Shown here: one piece after another, positions 48,614 through 61,230 of the stretch
Position numbering within the stretch: position 1 is the stretch's first letter
Layout: the number at the start of each line of letters is the position of its first letter
DNA from: Podarcis tiliguerta
Lineage: Eukaryota
Length of the DNA: 64,000 nucleotides
Direction: 5' to 3' (one strand)
Assembly: GCA_965153285.1 (NCBI GenBank)
Contig: OZ229113.1
Made by a program: the position numbers and the translations under genes
Notes under the pieces: model-generated
The model's database searches: none
What the model was told of the DNA's origin: nothing
The model's input: only the letters and a program-made list of their open reading frames with translations

Positions 48614-50015
48614 AGCGGTGTGTGTTCTGAATGCCATAGCTGACTAACTGGCAAGCCAATTAATAGATTAATCTCTAGATCTCAAAACACAAAAGGTTGT
48701 TGTTCCAACCCCTAGTTGTTCATGCATGTGCAGCTTTTACCAAAGCCAGCACCCTCTGATTGCCTTTAAGTTTTTAGATCTGCTTTCTTTGAATTTGTCC
48801 TTATGTGTCACAAAGCAGCGAATTGTTAAACTGCAGAGTAGATGTTGTACCGCATCACTTCATCTGATTAAAATGCGCTTGAAGATTATCTGTCCTGTAT
48901 TGGTGCCTAGTAACCTAATGCTGTCTTGGAGACATAAAACCTTCCCTCTCTTGTTTTTTTTATGCCCAGAGTTATTTGTTATGCATTTTTGCTAGGATTA
49001 GTATTACATTCCTTCAGTTGTATTTAGTAATGCCTGTGATTTCTTTTGTACCTTGTCACTAAAAATTAAATCCTAAACGAACACTTAATCTGTGGCTCTG
49101 ATTTGGCTTAGAGTAATCACATTTTAAAGATGTAGTCTTCCTAATTTTTAAATAGCCAGTTTCCTTATTGAGTGAGGTCTGAATATTTTAAAATAAGTTT
49201 AATCCCCCCTCCATGTTTTATGGGCACCAAAATATTTGTCAAGTGCTTTCCTCATTATCCAAAACTCATATGTAGGCATGAGCTTGTTTTTGGTGCAGAA
49301 ATCAAAACCCAGACTTTTACAGAAATAAATAAATAAATTATACTTATCTGTTACAGAGCTGGGCATATATTTGAAAAGTGAAATTCCTGTTTGTGAAAGG
49401 CTTCAGTGTTAAGGATAATGCATGCATTTAAATTTGTCTTTCTGTTTTATATTGGGATCATATGTCACAGCATCTGTGATCTTTTTTCTCACCTAGCTAG
49501 CTCTCTGTTTCTTGCACTATTTTTCACTTTCCCCAAAATGTAACAATATTTGCACATCTCTAATGTTAGACCAGGTAGAAAAACTATACAAATTGAATGA
49601 GTTGCACTGTTTGGGGATAAAGCCTATAAATGGGAAGGGTGGTTTGCATAATTTGGGTGTATTTTACTTCACCTTAAGTGTGAAAAATCAGTGTTGTATA
49701 GCATAATCCTAATCATTTTTACTTGGAAGTGATTTCAGCGGGATCTGCTTCTGGTTAAATTTGGTTACTGTTGAGTTGCAAGGAGCCTAAACAGTGACAT
49801 TTCTTCCTGACTTGGTCACAGCCTTTCATGGTTATTGTGAGCCCATATGAGCAATGTGCCTGCCTCATATACCCCAAGTAAATGTGCAAGACACAAGTGT
49901 TCTCATAAAAGCAACTGTATTATAAATGTTTGACGTGCTATAGCAAAGTAGTCCCAGGAAAGCAGCGTTTGAGATGAATTTCTGTAGCCAGTTTAAAATT
50001 TTTTTTTCTTCACAG

Positions 50016-50080
50016 GTCTGACTGGGAAGATAATAAAAGCAATACTTGATGGAGGATTTGATATTTCAGCCTTGCAGATG
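50016..50080 (+). CDS. NME7: NME7 exon 8 (GLTGKIIKAILDGGFDISALQM)
   Basis: T-tract cacag| ... atg|gtaact; 65 nt, phase 1-0. Confidence 0.94.
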
Positions 50081-50750
50081 GTAACTCTTTCTTCTTGGTC
50101 TTTGATCAGACCTTTTCTCGGATGAGATGAGGGAAAAGCAACCTTTGCCACCTGCTGCACCCTCTCCTACACTAGCTTTTTAATGCATTTCACCTGGGCA
50201 AAGCCTTTCCTTCCAGCAGCAACTCCATACATATCAGCTGTCTCTTACACCTGCCTATTTTTAAAGGGTGTCAGGTTCCCAGTCTGCTTTCTTGCAGAAT
50301 ACAGAAAATTAAAAATAGCCTTTTCAACCCTACTCTACTCCCCCAAAATCATTACCAGAGGAGGAGAAACCTATATTTGTGAGTAAATCCCCATTAAAAT
50401 TGATTGATAGAAATGGACAGGAACAGGCTGCAAATAGTCTATATTGAGGAGTGTCTGTCGGGTTTTGCTCATAGAGGAACAGTGAGAGCTGTTGCCTTCT
50501 TTCTCATTTATGCACAATTTTCATTCTTGCTGCCTCTGTATTTTTCTTCCTTCCATCTCAACAGGTGGGTAAACAACACCTTATTATGCTGCATTTCAAT
50601 ATAAGCTCAGTTCCTTTTGGCTGACTTTGACTAAGGCTGACTTTGACTTATCAAGGTTACTTAGTCGTTAAAACTGAAACAATGCTAGCCAGCTTGTTAG
50701 AACTGACTTACGTAGTAGGTGAATATTCATGTTTTACACTACATATATAT

Positions 50751-51100
50751 AAAGGTAAAGGGACCCCTGACCATTAGGTCCAGTCGTGACCGACTCTGGG
50801 GTTGTGGTGCTCATCTCGCTTTATTGGCTGAGGGAGCCAGCGTACAGCTTCCGGGTCATGTGGCCAGCATGACTAAGCCGCTTCTGGCGAACCAGAGCAG
50901 CGCAGGGAAACGCCATTTACCTTCCTGCTGGAGTAGTACCTATTTATCTACTTGCACTCTGATGTGCTTTCGAACTGCTAGGTGGGCAGGAGCAGGGATT
51001 GAGCAATGAGAGCTCACCCCGTCGCGGGGATTTGAACCGCCGACCTTCTGATTGGCAAGCCCTTGGCTCAGTGGTTTAACCCACAGCACCACCCACGTCC
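50751..51100 (-). mobile_element. Full-length Sauria SINE inserted in an (AT)n tract
   Basis: aaaggtaaagggaccc tail through acccacgtcc head; catatatat on both sides. Confidence 0.9.
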
Positions 51101-51145
51101 ATATATATATATATGCGCCATTATTTAGACAGTTGTCTATAATTT

Positions 51146-51595
51146 TTTATTATTTATTATTACTTATTACTTCAATTTGTATCCTGCCATGGTGCTCATA
51201 AAAATACAGTAGAGATGCTAAAGGTTATATAACCAATACAAATGCAAAAGAGCAGATAAAAGTCAGAACAATAAAAATCCAAGTATAAAAACAGTGGGCA
51301 ATTAAACACCTTGAGCATTGCAATAAACAAGTTGCCCTGGCAGACCAAAGGTTTGTCAAAATGAAAAGGTATTTCTTGGCACTGGAGGGTCAACAGACAA
51401 GGGGGCAATTGAACTGTGGGAGCAAGGGAGCCCCAAAGCTGGAGCGCAGACACTGAAAAGGCCGCCTCTTGTGCCCCTGCCAAATGCACTCTAGAAAATG
51501 GCAGGACTGAGAAAAGGGCTTCCCTGCAAGATCTTGGCACTCAAGCAGGCTCCTACAGGGAAAAGTGTTCCTTCAAGTAACCTGTTTCCAAGCCA
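51146..51595 (-). mobile_element. Old L2 3' fragment
   Basis: AFSVSALQLWGSLAP remnant in ORF 51196-51540; (TTAT)-rich tail. Confidence 0.65.
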
Positions 51596-51613
51596 GTGCT
51601 TGCATAATGAATA

Positions 51614-51838
51614 CAGTGGTGCCTCGGGTTAAGTACTTAATTCATTCGGAGGTCTGTTCTTAACCTGAAACTGTTCTTAACCTGAAGCACCACTTTAGCT
51701 AATAGGGCCTCCTGCTGCTGCCGCGCTGCCAGAGCATAATTTCTGTTCTCATCCTGAAGCAAAGTTCTTAACCTGAAGCACTATTTCTGGGTTAGCGGAG
51801 TCTGTAACCTGAAGCGTATGTAACCCAAGGTACCACTG
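51614..51838. mobile_element. MITE family C (inverted relative to 32359)
   Basis: TIRs and TA TSD. Confidence 0.9.
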
Positions 51839-51865
51839 TACTGTAATGCTTACCTTTCTAATGTA

Positions 51866-52086
51866 GAGTGGTACCTAGGTTGTCGAACAAACCGCCTCCC
51901 GAACGCAAACTTGAAGTGAGTGTTCCGGTTTGCGAACATTATTTGTAAGCTGAACGTCTGACGCGGCTTCCAGAGTTTCCAATTGAGTGCAGGAAGCTCC
52001 TGTAGCCACTTGGAAGCCACGCCTTGGTTTTCAAACCGTTCCGGGACTCCCAGAACGGATTAGATTCATAAACTAAGGTACGGCTG
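51866..52086. mobile_element. Tc1/mariner-type MITE, family A
   Basis: TA|GAGTGGTACCT ... AGGTACGGCTG|TA. Confidence 0.75.
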
Positions 52087-52402
52087 TATTTAGATCCTCC
52101 TTGTCATGTGGCTCTCTGACCCCAGCACGAATGTGCTGTATATTCCTCCTTCCCCTCCATTTAACAGAGTTGAACTTGCAGCAGCAGCGAATGGAATCTT
52201 TTTTTTAAAATGCGCTTTGTTGAGTTTTGTACAGTCTAAATGGTACACAAAAGCGTAGCAATAAAATAAAACAAATTTGGGTAATTTGTGATTTGTTTGA
52301 TAAGATGCGAACATACATGTGGAAAACAGGAAAAAAAGAATGAATCACAAATGGGATCTTGATCTTGGGTGTCTTTTTAATTTTTATCAGCTTTTCCATA
52401 TA

Positions 52403-52751
52403 CAGTGGTGCCTTGCAAGACGAAATTAATTCGTTCCGCGAGTCTCTTCGTCTAGCGGTTTTTTTGTCTTGTGAAGCAACCCTCTTAGCGGATTAGCGCT
52501 ATTAGCGGTTTAGCGGCTATTAGCGGCTTAAGGGATTAGCAGATTAGCTGCTAAAAGGCTATTAGCGGTTTAGCGGCTTAGAAAAAGGGGGTGGGGAGCG
52601 AAAAAAAATCTCAAGACTTGCAAGACATTTTCGTCTTGCGAAGCAAGCCCATAGGGAAATTTGTCCTGTGAAGCGCATCGAAAAAAGGGAAAACCCTTTC
52701 GTCTAGCGGGTTTTCCGTCTTGCGAGGCATTCGTCTTGCGGGGTACCACTG
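52403..52751. mobile_element. Tc1/mariner-type MITE, family B (opposite orientation to 5892)
   Basis: TIRs and TA TSD; reverse-complement homology to 5892-6338. Confidence 0.88.
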
Positions 52752-52907
52752 TAATACTCTGTGAGGGATTAATTGAGAAATAAGTTAAAGTCTCCTCAGG
52801 TTGTGCATGAAAAGAAAAGGGGCAACAATAATGCTTGGAGATGTATACACTTGTTCCCACTGTACACAGAATAAATACTTTTCCTTTCTGTTCTTTCTTA
52901 CATGCAG

Positions 52908-52976
52908 TTCTATATGGACCGTGCAAATGCAGAGGAATTCTACTCAATTTACAAAGGGGTTGTCGCTGAATATGCT
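52908..52976 (+). CDS. NME7: NME7 exon 9 (FYMDRANAEEFYSIYKGVVAEYA)
   Basis: catgcag| ... gct|gtaagt; 69 nt. Confidence 0.94.
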
Positions 52977-53789
52977 GTAAGTAAGCGCTATAAAGTCTCT
53001 TTTTGTTTCAGGGCCCATTTTGGATAGAATCTTAATGGACTGTCCTGAAGCCTTATTGTCAAGGGCATGGCACAAGCTTTGAGGGATTATAAAGTCACTT
53101 TTCAGTGCTGCTCTTCACCTCAGCCATGTAATGTTTTTGAATTGGCAAGACAGACTGCGCAAGTGATGATTTTAGTTTGGCTCAACATAAAACTTGTCTT
53201 TTTCAAATATTTTAATGGCTAGTGAAACACAGCAAAAGTTGTATTTGATATTGCTGCAGTGGCTGAGTTGAGAAGGTTTCTTCCAGCAAAAACTCTTGAT
53301 ACTAAGAGGCTTGGTTGCAACATAACCAAATGGATAGTGTCTGTATTTTTTAAGATCACTTAACCTCACACTGAGAAATGATATATGCATTGCCACTTCC
53401 TTTGTCCCTGCCAGCAGCAGCTGATGATGTGGAAAGGAGGCTTGGAAAACCACAGCATGATGTTTCATTCTTTCATTCTTTCATTTATTTATATACTGCA
53501 TTTCCACAAGGTTGTATCCAAGCCGGTTCACTACACGTCAGATGAACATATCAATACAACAATTTAAAATTAAAGTATTAGCAATTAGCAATAAACCTTA
53601 GTGTCAATAAGTAAATCCATGATAAGTATCAGTCAAGCCATACAACTAAAGCAACCAAATAACACAATGGAAATAAAGCTGATTTGTCCAACAGCTTAAA
53701 ATTGAACACAAGAGAGAATGAAACTTAATCAAAGAAATAAAATATACAGTATATTCCAAAGAGGTGATGTTGTGGTATGGAATAAGTTA

Positions 53790-54060
53790 TCTTATGGATC
53801 AGTAATTGGTTAAAGAACAGGATGCAAAGAGAAGGAATAAATGGACACTTCAAGCAATGGAAGGATGCAAAAAATGGAGTTCTTCAAGGATCTGTATTAG
53901 GATCTGTGCTTTTTCGCTTTTTCATTGATTGAACACAGACGTGGCCACAGTGGTGGTCTGATGAGAGTCACTATGTCAGTGAAGTTGAAGAATGCAGACT
54001 AGCCCCAGAATATATAAAATAATGAGAGAACTGATACATTTCATTAGGAACATTTCTGTT
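53790..54060 (+). mobile_element. Decayed CR1 RT fragment
   Basis: Degenerate WISNWLKNR...GINGHF..W....GV.QGSVLG.VLF. Confidence 0.6.
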
Positions 54061-54213
54061 AGAATGGATAGAACTGCCTTTGAAAACTACATGTAGAGAG
54101 TAGTCTGGGCTGGCTTAGATTTTCTTAAAACAAGAAATGATGCAAATTGATATACAGTGCAGAGTAAAAGGTATAAAAACCATTTAACAATCTGTTCCTT
54201 TTTCCTGTTGCAG

Positions 54214-54315
54214 GAGATGGTTGTAGAACTATGCTCAGGCCCTTGTGTTGCTCTAGAGATTAGGCAAGTAGATCCTGAAAAAGTATTCCGAGACTTCTGC
54301 GGGCCTTCGGATCCC
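54214..54315 (+). CDS. NME7: NME7 exon 10 (EMVVELCSGPCVALEI...FRDFCGPSDP); gene continues beyond window
   Basis: ttgcag| ... ccc|gtaagt; 102 nt; cumulative 330 codons. Confidence 0.95.
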
Positions 54316-55549
54316 GTAAGTAACTTACTTGAGACGTTTGTATCAGGGCCAAAGCAAAAGTGATGCATGAGATTTGAGATTGTCTCCATCAAAGTTTTTG
54401 GTTTTTACTTTAAAGGAGCCTGGAGGCAGTTGGCTTTGTTTTTTTATTGGAGGTTTTTTTAGTGGGGGTTTCCTCCTCGCCGGAAGAGGAACTGCTTTGC
54501 AAGATTTTCAGAGGCTCCCTGTAACACAATTCCCCCTCTATCTCTCGCCTCTGCACCGATGGCAGTTCCCTGACACACCCCATACCCCACCTTGGGAAAA
54601 GTGGGTATCATAGCAGCTGCAGTGGAAAATAGATGGGGCAATGGGGGAGGGAAGCGTTAAACACTCTTTACCTTAGTGCGGCTTCTCCAGTCAAAACTGA
54701 ACCCCCCTCCCCATAGCTTCTTTAAAGTTCAAAAATTGGGTAGATTCAAGTGTAGATCTCTTGTGTTGCATCTGATTTGCTACTCTGTTTTAAAAGGAAT
54801 GGACAAATCTGTTAATTTCACTTTCTTTGAGTTTCTCATTTCTCTAGTCTCCAATTTGCCACTTTACTTTTTAAAACACGTCCTCATGGAAATTCATCAG
54901 CATTTATCCTACTTATACACATTACCTCAAGCAGTTTCCCCTAATAAAGTGCATTTTTAATTTAATTTTAGCGAATATATTTATATATAGTGGTCCACAT
55001 ATTTTGGTTTTTTAAAGATAGCTGTGCTTTGGTTTCCAAATTGGTCTGAGAGCTATGAATTAGGTAGGGTCTATTAAAATGCAAACCAGATTTCTCCCCC
55101 ACCCCTTCTGCGTGGCAGCATAGTAACAGATAACAACTTTAGAAGCCTACATTTGAAAAATGTTCTATTCAGCTAATATAATGATCACTTAGAGTCATGG
55201 TTTACAAGCAGAAAGGACAGCTACACCTTAACATGTGTCATTTTTGTTGCTGTCATATGCAGCTATGACCGTTGCTAAGCCTTCTTTGCGTTAGATATGA
55301 AAGTGCATCACTGGAGTACTATTTAAGCTACTCTAATCTATGCCAATTCAGTGCTTGTTACTCAGAAAGCAGTGTGAACAACCATACTTCAGGATATTTG
55401 CCTCTTGCTACTAAGCCATGTTGGCAACACTGCAGCTCATACTGAGCTACTATTCTACTGGGCTAGTGTTGTTGTCAAAAAGGGGTGAATGTGATGCAGA
55501 CATTTCATAAACCTAACTATCTGTAAAATGGCACAGATGGAAGGGGTCA

Positions 55550-55741
55550 GGCCATAGATCTATGGCAGAGCATCTGCCTTGCATGCAGAAGGTCCCAGGT
55601 TGAATCCCCAGCATCTCTAGGTAGGGCTGGCAAACATTTCTGCCAAAACCCTGAAGAGCTGCTACCAGTTAGTGTAGACAGTGTTGAGCAAGATGGGCCA
55701 GTTGTCTGACTCGCTATAAAGCAGCTTCCTCTGTTTCCTAT
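55550..55741 (+). mobile_element. SINE with tRNA-Ala(TGC)-like head; related copies at 2209-2372 (-), 23875-23990 (+), 26315-26420 (-)
   Basis: agagcatctgccttgcatgcagaaggtcccaggttgaatcccc head; gcagcttcct..gtttccta tail. Confidence 0.7.
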
Positions 55742-57851
55742 GACACTGGTAGCCGCTGCCAGACTAAATATTTTAAATATTTAATCTGGCTATTAAATAT
55801 TTTAAATGCTAGCAAAAATCAGACTGTAGAATTGGACTGCTTAAACAGTCATGATTCTAGTAGTGCAGCCGTATGCACATTGATTTCGAAGGGAGTCCAT
55901 CTATGTTTAAAAGAGGTTACTCCCATGTAAGGCTGCGCTTCCTACTTATGTGGAAGGAAGCCCCATTGAACTCAATGGGAGTAATGTCTGTGAATGTATG
56001 TCCAGGAGGAAGGATCTAGATACATTCACATTGGCGCAAGCACATTGTCGTCTTCTGATGGCTCTCTCTTGTGGAATTCCACACCTGAGAAACTATGAAT
56101 TACTTCCTGCGACGGTAAAACAACTTAGCATATTTGAAGGCAGATGAGTTTATGATTACAAATAATTAGGCTGCTCTTCACATTGCACTAAGCAATGCAA
56201 ACAGAAGGGAAAATGGATTCTCCGTCAATGACAGACCGTTATCGACTGGAGTTAGAAAACAGATCAATAAGAAGCTGCAATTAGTATGTCATGCTGTCTG
56301 TGGCTGTCTCTAGCGGAAAGGACATGGTTGGATTTTTTCAAATGTTATTTAGGGTCAAATATAATCAGTGTTCCTTTTCCTTATTAAAGATAAATAAATT
56401 CTATATTGCATACACTAGTTATTGTCAGTCTGCTAGAAACTTGGCATTTTAAGGTGTTTGCTTCTGAAATGGGTAAAAGGGCTTGTGAGGATGTGCAGGC
56501 CTACCTCTGTCCCTCCAGGACATCATGGATGCTGGCCATGCCCCCAATGTGTGATTGGCATTATTCTAAAGGCGACCATTTCTATGTGTGTAAAGCTGGG
56601 TCCCCAATCCCCATGTAAGAAACCTTCCACACCATACCATATTTTTAAAAGTTTCTACTTGGCTTTAATCCAAACATCATTTGTATGTGTGAGTTGAAAA
56701 CAATAGCTTCAGATTACTATGAACTCTCGAAACATTCTTGAAAAGCGTTCAGTATTTGGTTTTTAACTCCATCCTGAACTTTAATGACTCTATGAAGCAG
56801 TTCTCCCATTTATTTATTTGGGGGGGGGGGTCACGTCCCTGCTCGCTAACTACAACTTCATATTCCTGTGTAAAACTACAGCCTCTCCATGAAAAAAATG
56901 CAACACACCCATCAGAAAGATTTTTTTTGAAGAATGGCTGTGTCTGATGTGGTAGTCTGAAGTTATCAGCCGGATAATTTGATCATACCAACCCTCTCTG
57001 CAGAAATCTGGGAATGCTTAAGATATATCAGGATATATCAATAGAGGCTAGATCTGTCAATGGAGAATCAGGTGAACACCGGCATTCCTTTATTAGCCCC
57101 ACCCCCCAAAAATCAAAAAAATTCTGAATTTATGTTGCTAGAGCTATATTGTGTGCATATGCAATATATTCTGTGCTAGAGGAAACATTCCTGTTTTGAA
57201 AAAACAGCCTCTGCCACCATTTGCAATAGCTGACAGCCAGAGCAGCTGCAGTGTGAGCTTTTGACTCTGTGGTTCCTTTCTCATTGTCTTATAAACCATT
57301 CATTAAACAAAGCCTTTTTAAAAGCAAAAACCAACAACCCTGAATGTGAAATGTGGGCGACTAAATGACTGTTCGGTGGATTAATAATTTAGGGTTTGCT
57401 CACTGGTCTGTTCAGCTTGCTTCTCCTTTCTACTGCAAGACAACCTGACCAGAATTTTGATCAGTTTATTTCTTTGCAGTATCACAAACATCCCTGACTA
57501 ACCAAATTTGAGATTATTATTATTATTTTTTTAAAAAAGAAAGATGCAAACAATAATAAATATAACTGTTTTGTGTCGCTTCATTTCAGATGTGCAGGGA
57601 TAATTCCCAGTGAACCAGCATGGCACTGAGAAGGGTGTTGACAACAATTCTGGGCTATTTTAAAATCCCAGCTCTGGGTTAGGAGTGCACACCTTCTCTT
57701 GCTACCTCACTCAGGGCCATTTTTCACCTGATGCAGAGCAAGCCAAAGTATACAACCCACAGGGAGCTGTAGCCAATCACAAAGCCTAAAATTTAATGTG
57801 TAGTGCTGCAGAGCCACATTTTGAATATTCATTTCTATGCTTCTTTGCTTT

Positions 57852-58015
57852 GCTGTGTACATACCACACAGTTAAAGCATATCTATCCTCCGCTAAAGAA
57901 TCCTGGGAAATGTAGTTTGTTAAGGGTGCTGTTGCTCAGTGAGGTGTAAACTATAATTCCCATTATTCTTTTTTTGTGTGTGTGTATGCTTTAAATATAT
58001 GGTATGTATGCGGCC
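57852..58015. mobile_element. Palindromic MITE-like element
   Basis: Imperfect terminal IR gctgtgtacatacca..ttaaagcata / tatgctttaa..tggtatgtatgcggc, plus inner IR gggaaatgtagttt / aaactataattccc. Confidence 0.6.
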
Positions 58016-58026
58016 TTAGTCTAGTC

Positions 58027-58265
58027 CATGGGTAGGCAAACTAATGCCCGGGGCCGGATTCAGCCCAATCGCCTTCTAAATCCAGCCCGAGGACGGTCGG
58101 GGAATCAGCATGTTTTTACATGAGTAGAATGTGTCCTTTTATTTAAAATGCATCTCTGGGTTATATTGTGGGGCATAGGAATTCGTTCATCCACCCTCCC
58201 CAAAAATATAGTCCGGCCCCCCACAAGGTCTGAGGGACAGTGGACTGGCCCCCTGCTGACCCCTG
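58027..58265. mobile_element. hAT-Charlie (OC1-like) non-autonomous element
   Basis: CATGGGTAGGCAAACT ... GCTGACCCCTG; 8-bp TSD gtctagtc. Confidence 0.82.
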
Positions 58266-59659
58266 GTCTAGTCACCTCAAAAGTTATGAACTCTATCTTG
58301 GAATGTGATTTTATTTTAGACTGTGATGACTGGCAGGAGTGTAGAGCTTTATCCACTACTCCAAAAGCCCCCAGAATTTCAAAACTATGCAAGATTGTTT
58401 AGATAAAAGCTTCTCCTTGCACGCAGAACCATTTTATACAGGTGCTGAACTTATTAAAGCCCTAAGTGGCTTTGGGATCCAAATGCCTGAAGGAGTGTTT
58501 CCTCCCACACCAGCCTGCGCATCAAGTTCTTTAATTAAGGCCCTTCTCCAAATACCATTACTTATGTATTTATAGCCTCTGCTTAATCATTGTGTATGTT
58601 TGTTAATCTTATTGCTGGAATCCATTAGATGAAGGGTAGTCGAGAATTGCTTAAAATAAAATGTTTTACTCAAAAGTCAATCCTGCTAAGTTGGGTGGGA
58701 CTTAGTAAGTGAGTTTAGGATTGCAACCCTAGCCAGGCAATACAGTAGTTTGTTTTGTGAAGGTGCATACAATTGATGAGTGCATCTACACCAGTGGTGG
58801 CCCAATACATTTTGCTACTGGAGGCAAAGGACAAGATGGTACCCCCACCTTCCATTCCTGCTGAACTAGGAGCTGAATCTTAACTTCATCAGTGATGATA
58901 TCATCTTGTGAACCTGGGGCAGCAGGCTAGCTTAGGGGGTCCAGGGCATGCCATGTGGCATGTAGAGTTCTTTCCTCCCACAGAGAGGAAAGAATGAGGG
59001 GCTCTGGGCAGCAGCAGTGCTGCTGCCGACTGCCAACATCTGCTGCATGAGACCATTGCCTTACTCTGCCCAATGATAGGGCCAGCCTTTACCCTCGTGG
59101 ATTCAGTAGATACTTGAAAAATTCAAAATGCAGCAAGCTGTTGTAGATTGGCTAATTTGATAAGACCTGTGATTAATGAGGCAGGTGCCTGCTGTTGGTT
59201 GTCATTCGCCTGATGCTTATGAGGTATGCGTGTTGCTTTGCTTGTTCCTGCTAATATAAAGTGGCAGGCATCTCTTCCCCCTTACAAATGGATAAATCGC
59301 ATGTAGGCAAATCATTAACTGACATTAGAACGGAATTAGCCATTCAAGCCTTTAACAAAAATCTCAAATAATGCTTTATTTATTGGTTTATAAAGACTTC
59401 CAATATTTGGCAGCCTCTAGTAAATTTTGTCAGTGCAGCTAAGAAATAAAAGAGCTAAAACAAGGGCATACAATATTTATTCAAATAACATTTATTTATT
59501 AAATGTATTTTTAAACCCACTTTTCATCTGTATGGGGATAGTCAATGTGGTGCTCTCCAGGTGTTGTTGGACTTCAACGTCCATCATGCCTGACCACTGG
59601 CCATGTTTGCTGAGACTGATGGGAGTTGTTGTATTAAAGCATCCTACGTAGCAATGGAA

Positions 59660-61230
59660 TATTTTTTATTTATTTATTTATTAAATTTATGTACTGGTCT
59701 TCATCTGAAGATCTTGGGGCAGGTTCTGAGCATAAAAATACAAAATAAAAACACGAAATACATAATAAAAACAAGAGCAAAAACAAAGCAAACCCATACC
59801 CCCCCCAACAAATTTAAGAGAACGTAGAATATTAATTAGCCAAAGGGCTGGTTGAAGAAAAAGGTTTTGCCTAACACCTAAAGATGAAGGCACCAGGCGA
59901 GCCTCCTTGGGAAGAGCACCCCACAAAATGGGGATCAATTGCAGAAGAGTCCCTTTCTCATGTTGCCACCCTTCGGAGCTCTCATGAAGGAGGCACATGA
60001 AGAAGGGCCTCAGATGTTGATGAATACAGAGAAGAGCTACTTGCGAAGATCTTTAACCTTTGAGGTGATGATATAGGGAGAGGCAATCCTTCAGGTACTG
60101 GGGCTTGATGAAGCCATTTAGGACTTTAATAGGCAAACATCCCTTCATCAGTTTCTCACAGAAGCAAATAAGCAGTCAATGACACTCTTTCAAAATCGGT
60201 GTAACATGATTACATCTGACTCTACTGGTCAATATTCTGGCAGTCCAGCTGCTGTGCATACTACGTATTACAGATAATCTGGTTGAGAGATAACCAGAGA
60301 ATAGATTGCTCTGGAAAAGCTATCCCTGCTAAGAAAGGGGTACAGCTGGTGAACCAGTCAAAAGTGGGGAAATGAACTTCATGCCGCTAGGTCCACATAA
60401 GCCAGGCATGGCCAAACTTGGCCCTCCAGATGTTTTTGAACTACAACTCCCATCATCCCTAGCTAACAGGACCAGTGGTCAGGGATGATGGGAATTGTAG
60501 GCCCAAAACATCTGGAGGGCCAAGTTTGGCAATGCCTGACATAAGCCTCCAGTGGCAATGCTGGATCTAGAAAGACTCCCCACCACATGCCTTCTCCTTC
60601 ATGTGTAGTGCAGCCCCACATAGAACAGGCTATATTATATCCTTTTTTCTCAAACTTGAGAACCACTTACCCATAATGTGCTGCATGTTGTCAGGATTCA
60701 TCCTCAGGGTTTTGCTTTGGCCTTCATCTAGCTTAATACTGCCCCCAAGGACTGATGCAGCACCTGCACAGCGTCACCTGACTCTGATGACAACGAGAAA
60801 TAGAGCTGAGTGTCGTCAGCATGCTGTGAAGCCAAGCAGAATTTCCCCAGTGCAACTGCCTGAAACCAGACCTGTAGGCAGAAGCAGAATCACTGTAACA
60901 CCATGCCCCCAATTCCCAAATTATAGCACTGACCCAGTAAGATACCGTGGTCAATTATGTCAAAAGCTGCCGAGAGAGCAAGAAAAATCAATAGAGTTGC
61001 ATTTCCCTTGTCTCTCCCCTGATAGAAGTCAGCAATCAGAACAAGCAGGGCAGTTTGTTGAATCCAAATTGAAATAGGCCCAGATAATAAATTATCTCCA
61101 AGTGTGCTAGGAGTTTCAGCACCACCTGTGTCCTGACTGCCTTGCCCAGTAATGGGATATTGGCAACTGAGCAGTAGATATCATCTCTTGCAGGAGTAGT
61201 GTGTCCTCCCGCCGCCTGCCCTGAAACCTT
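59660..61230 (-). mobile_element. Decayed L2 LINE including reverse-transcriptase remnants
   Basis: Frameshifted RT-like peptide (Y.SVANIPLLGK...YLGLFQFGF, like NYRPVSNLPFLGK...LDPFQSGF) and an L2-type 3' end. Confidence 0.7.
60403..60538. mobile_element. hAT MITE, near-perfect hairpin, nested in the L2
   Basis: CAGGCATGGCCAAACTTGGCCCTCCAGATG / CATCTGGAGGGCCAAGTTTGGCAATGCCTG; TSD acataagc. Confidence 0.9.

Noticed and set aside
60601-61077. 158-aa + strand ORF
   Set aside because: Antisense to decayed L2 RT sequence; a chance ORF.
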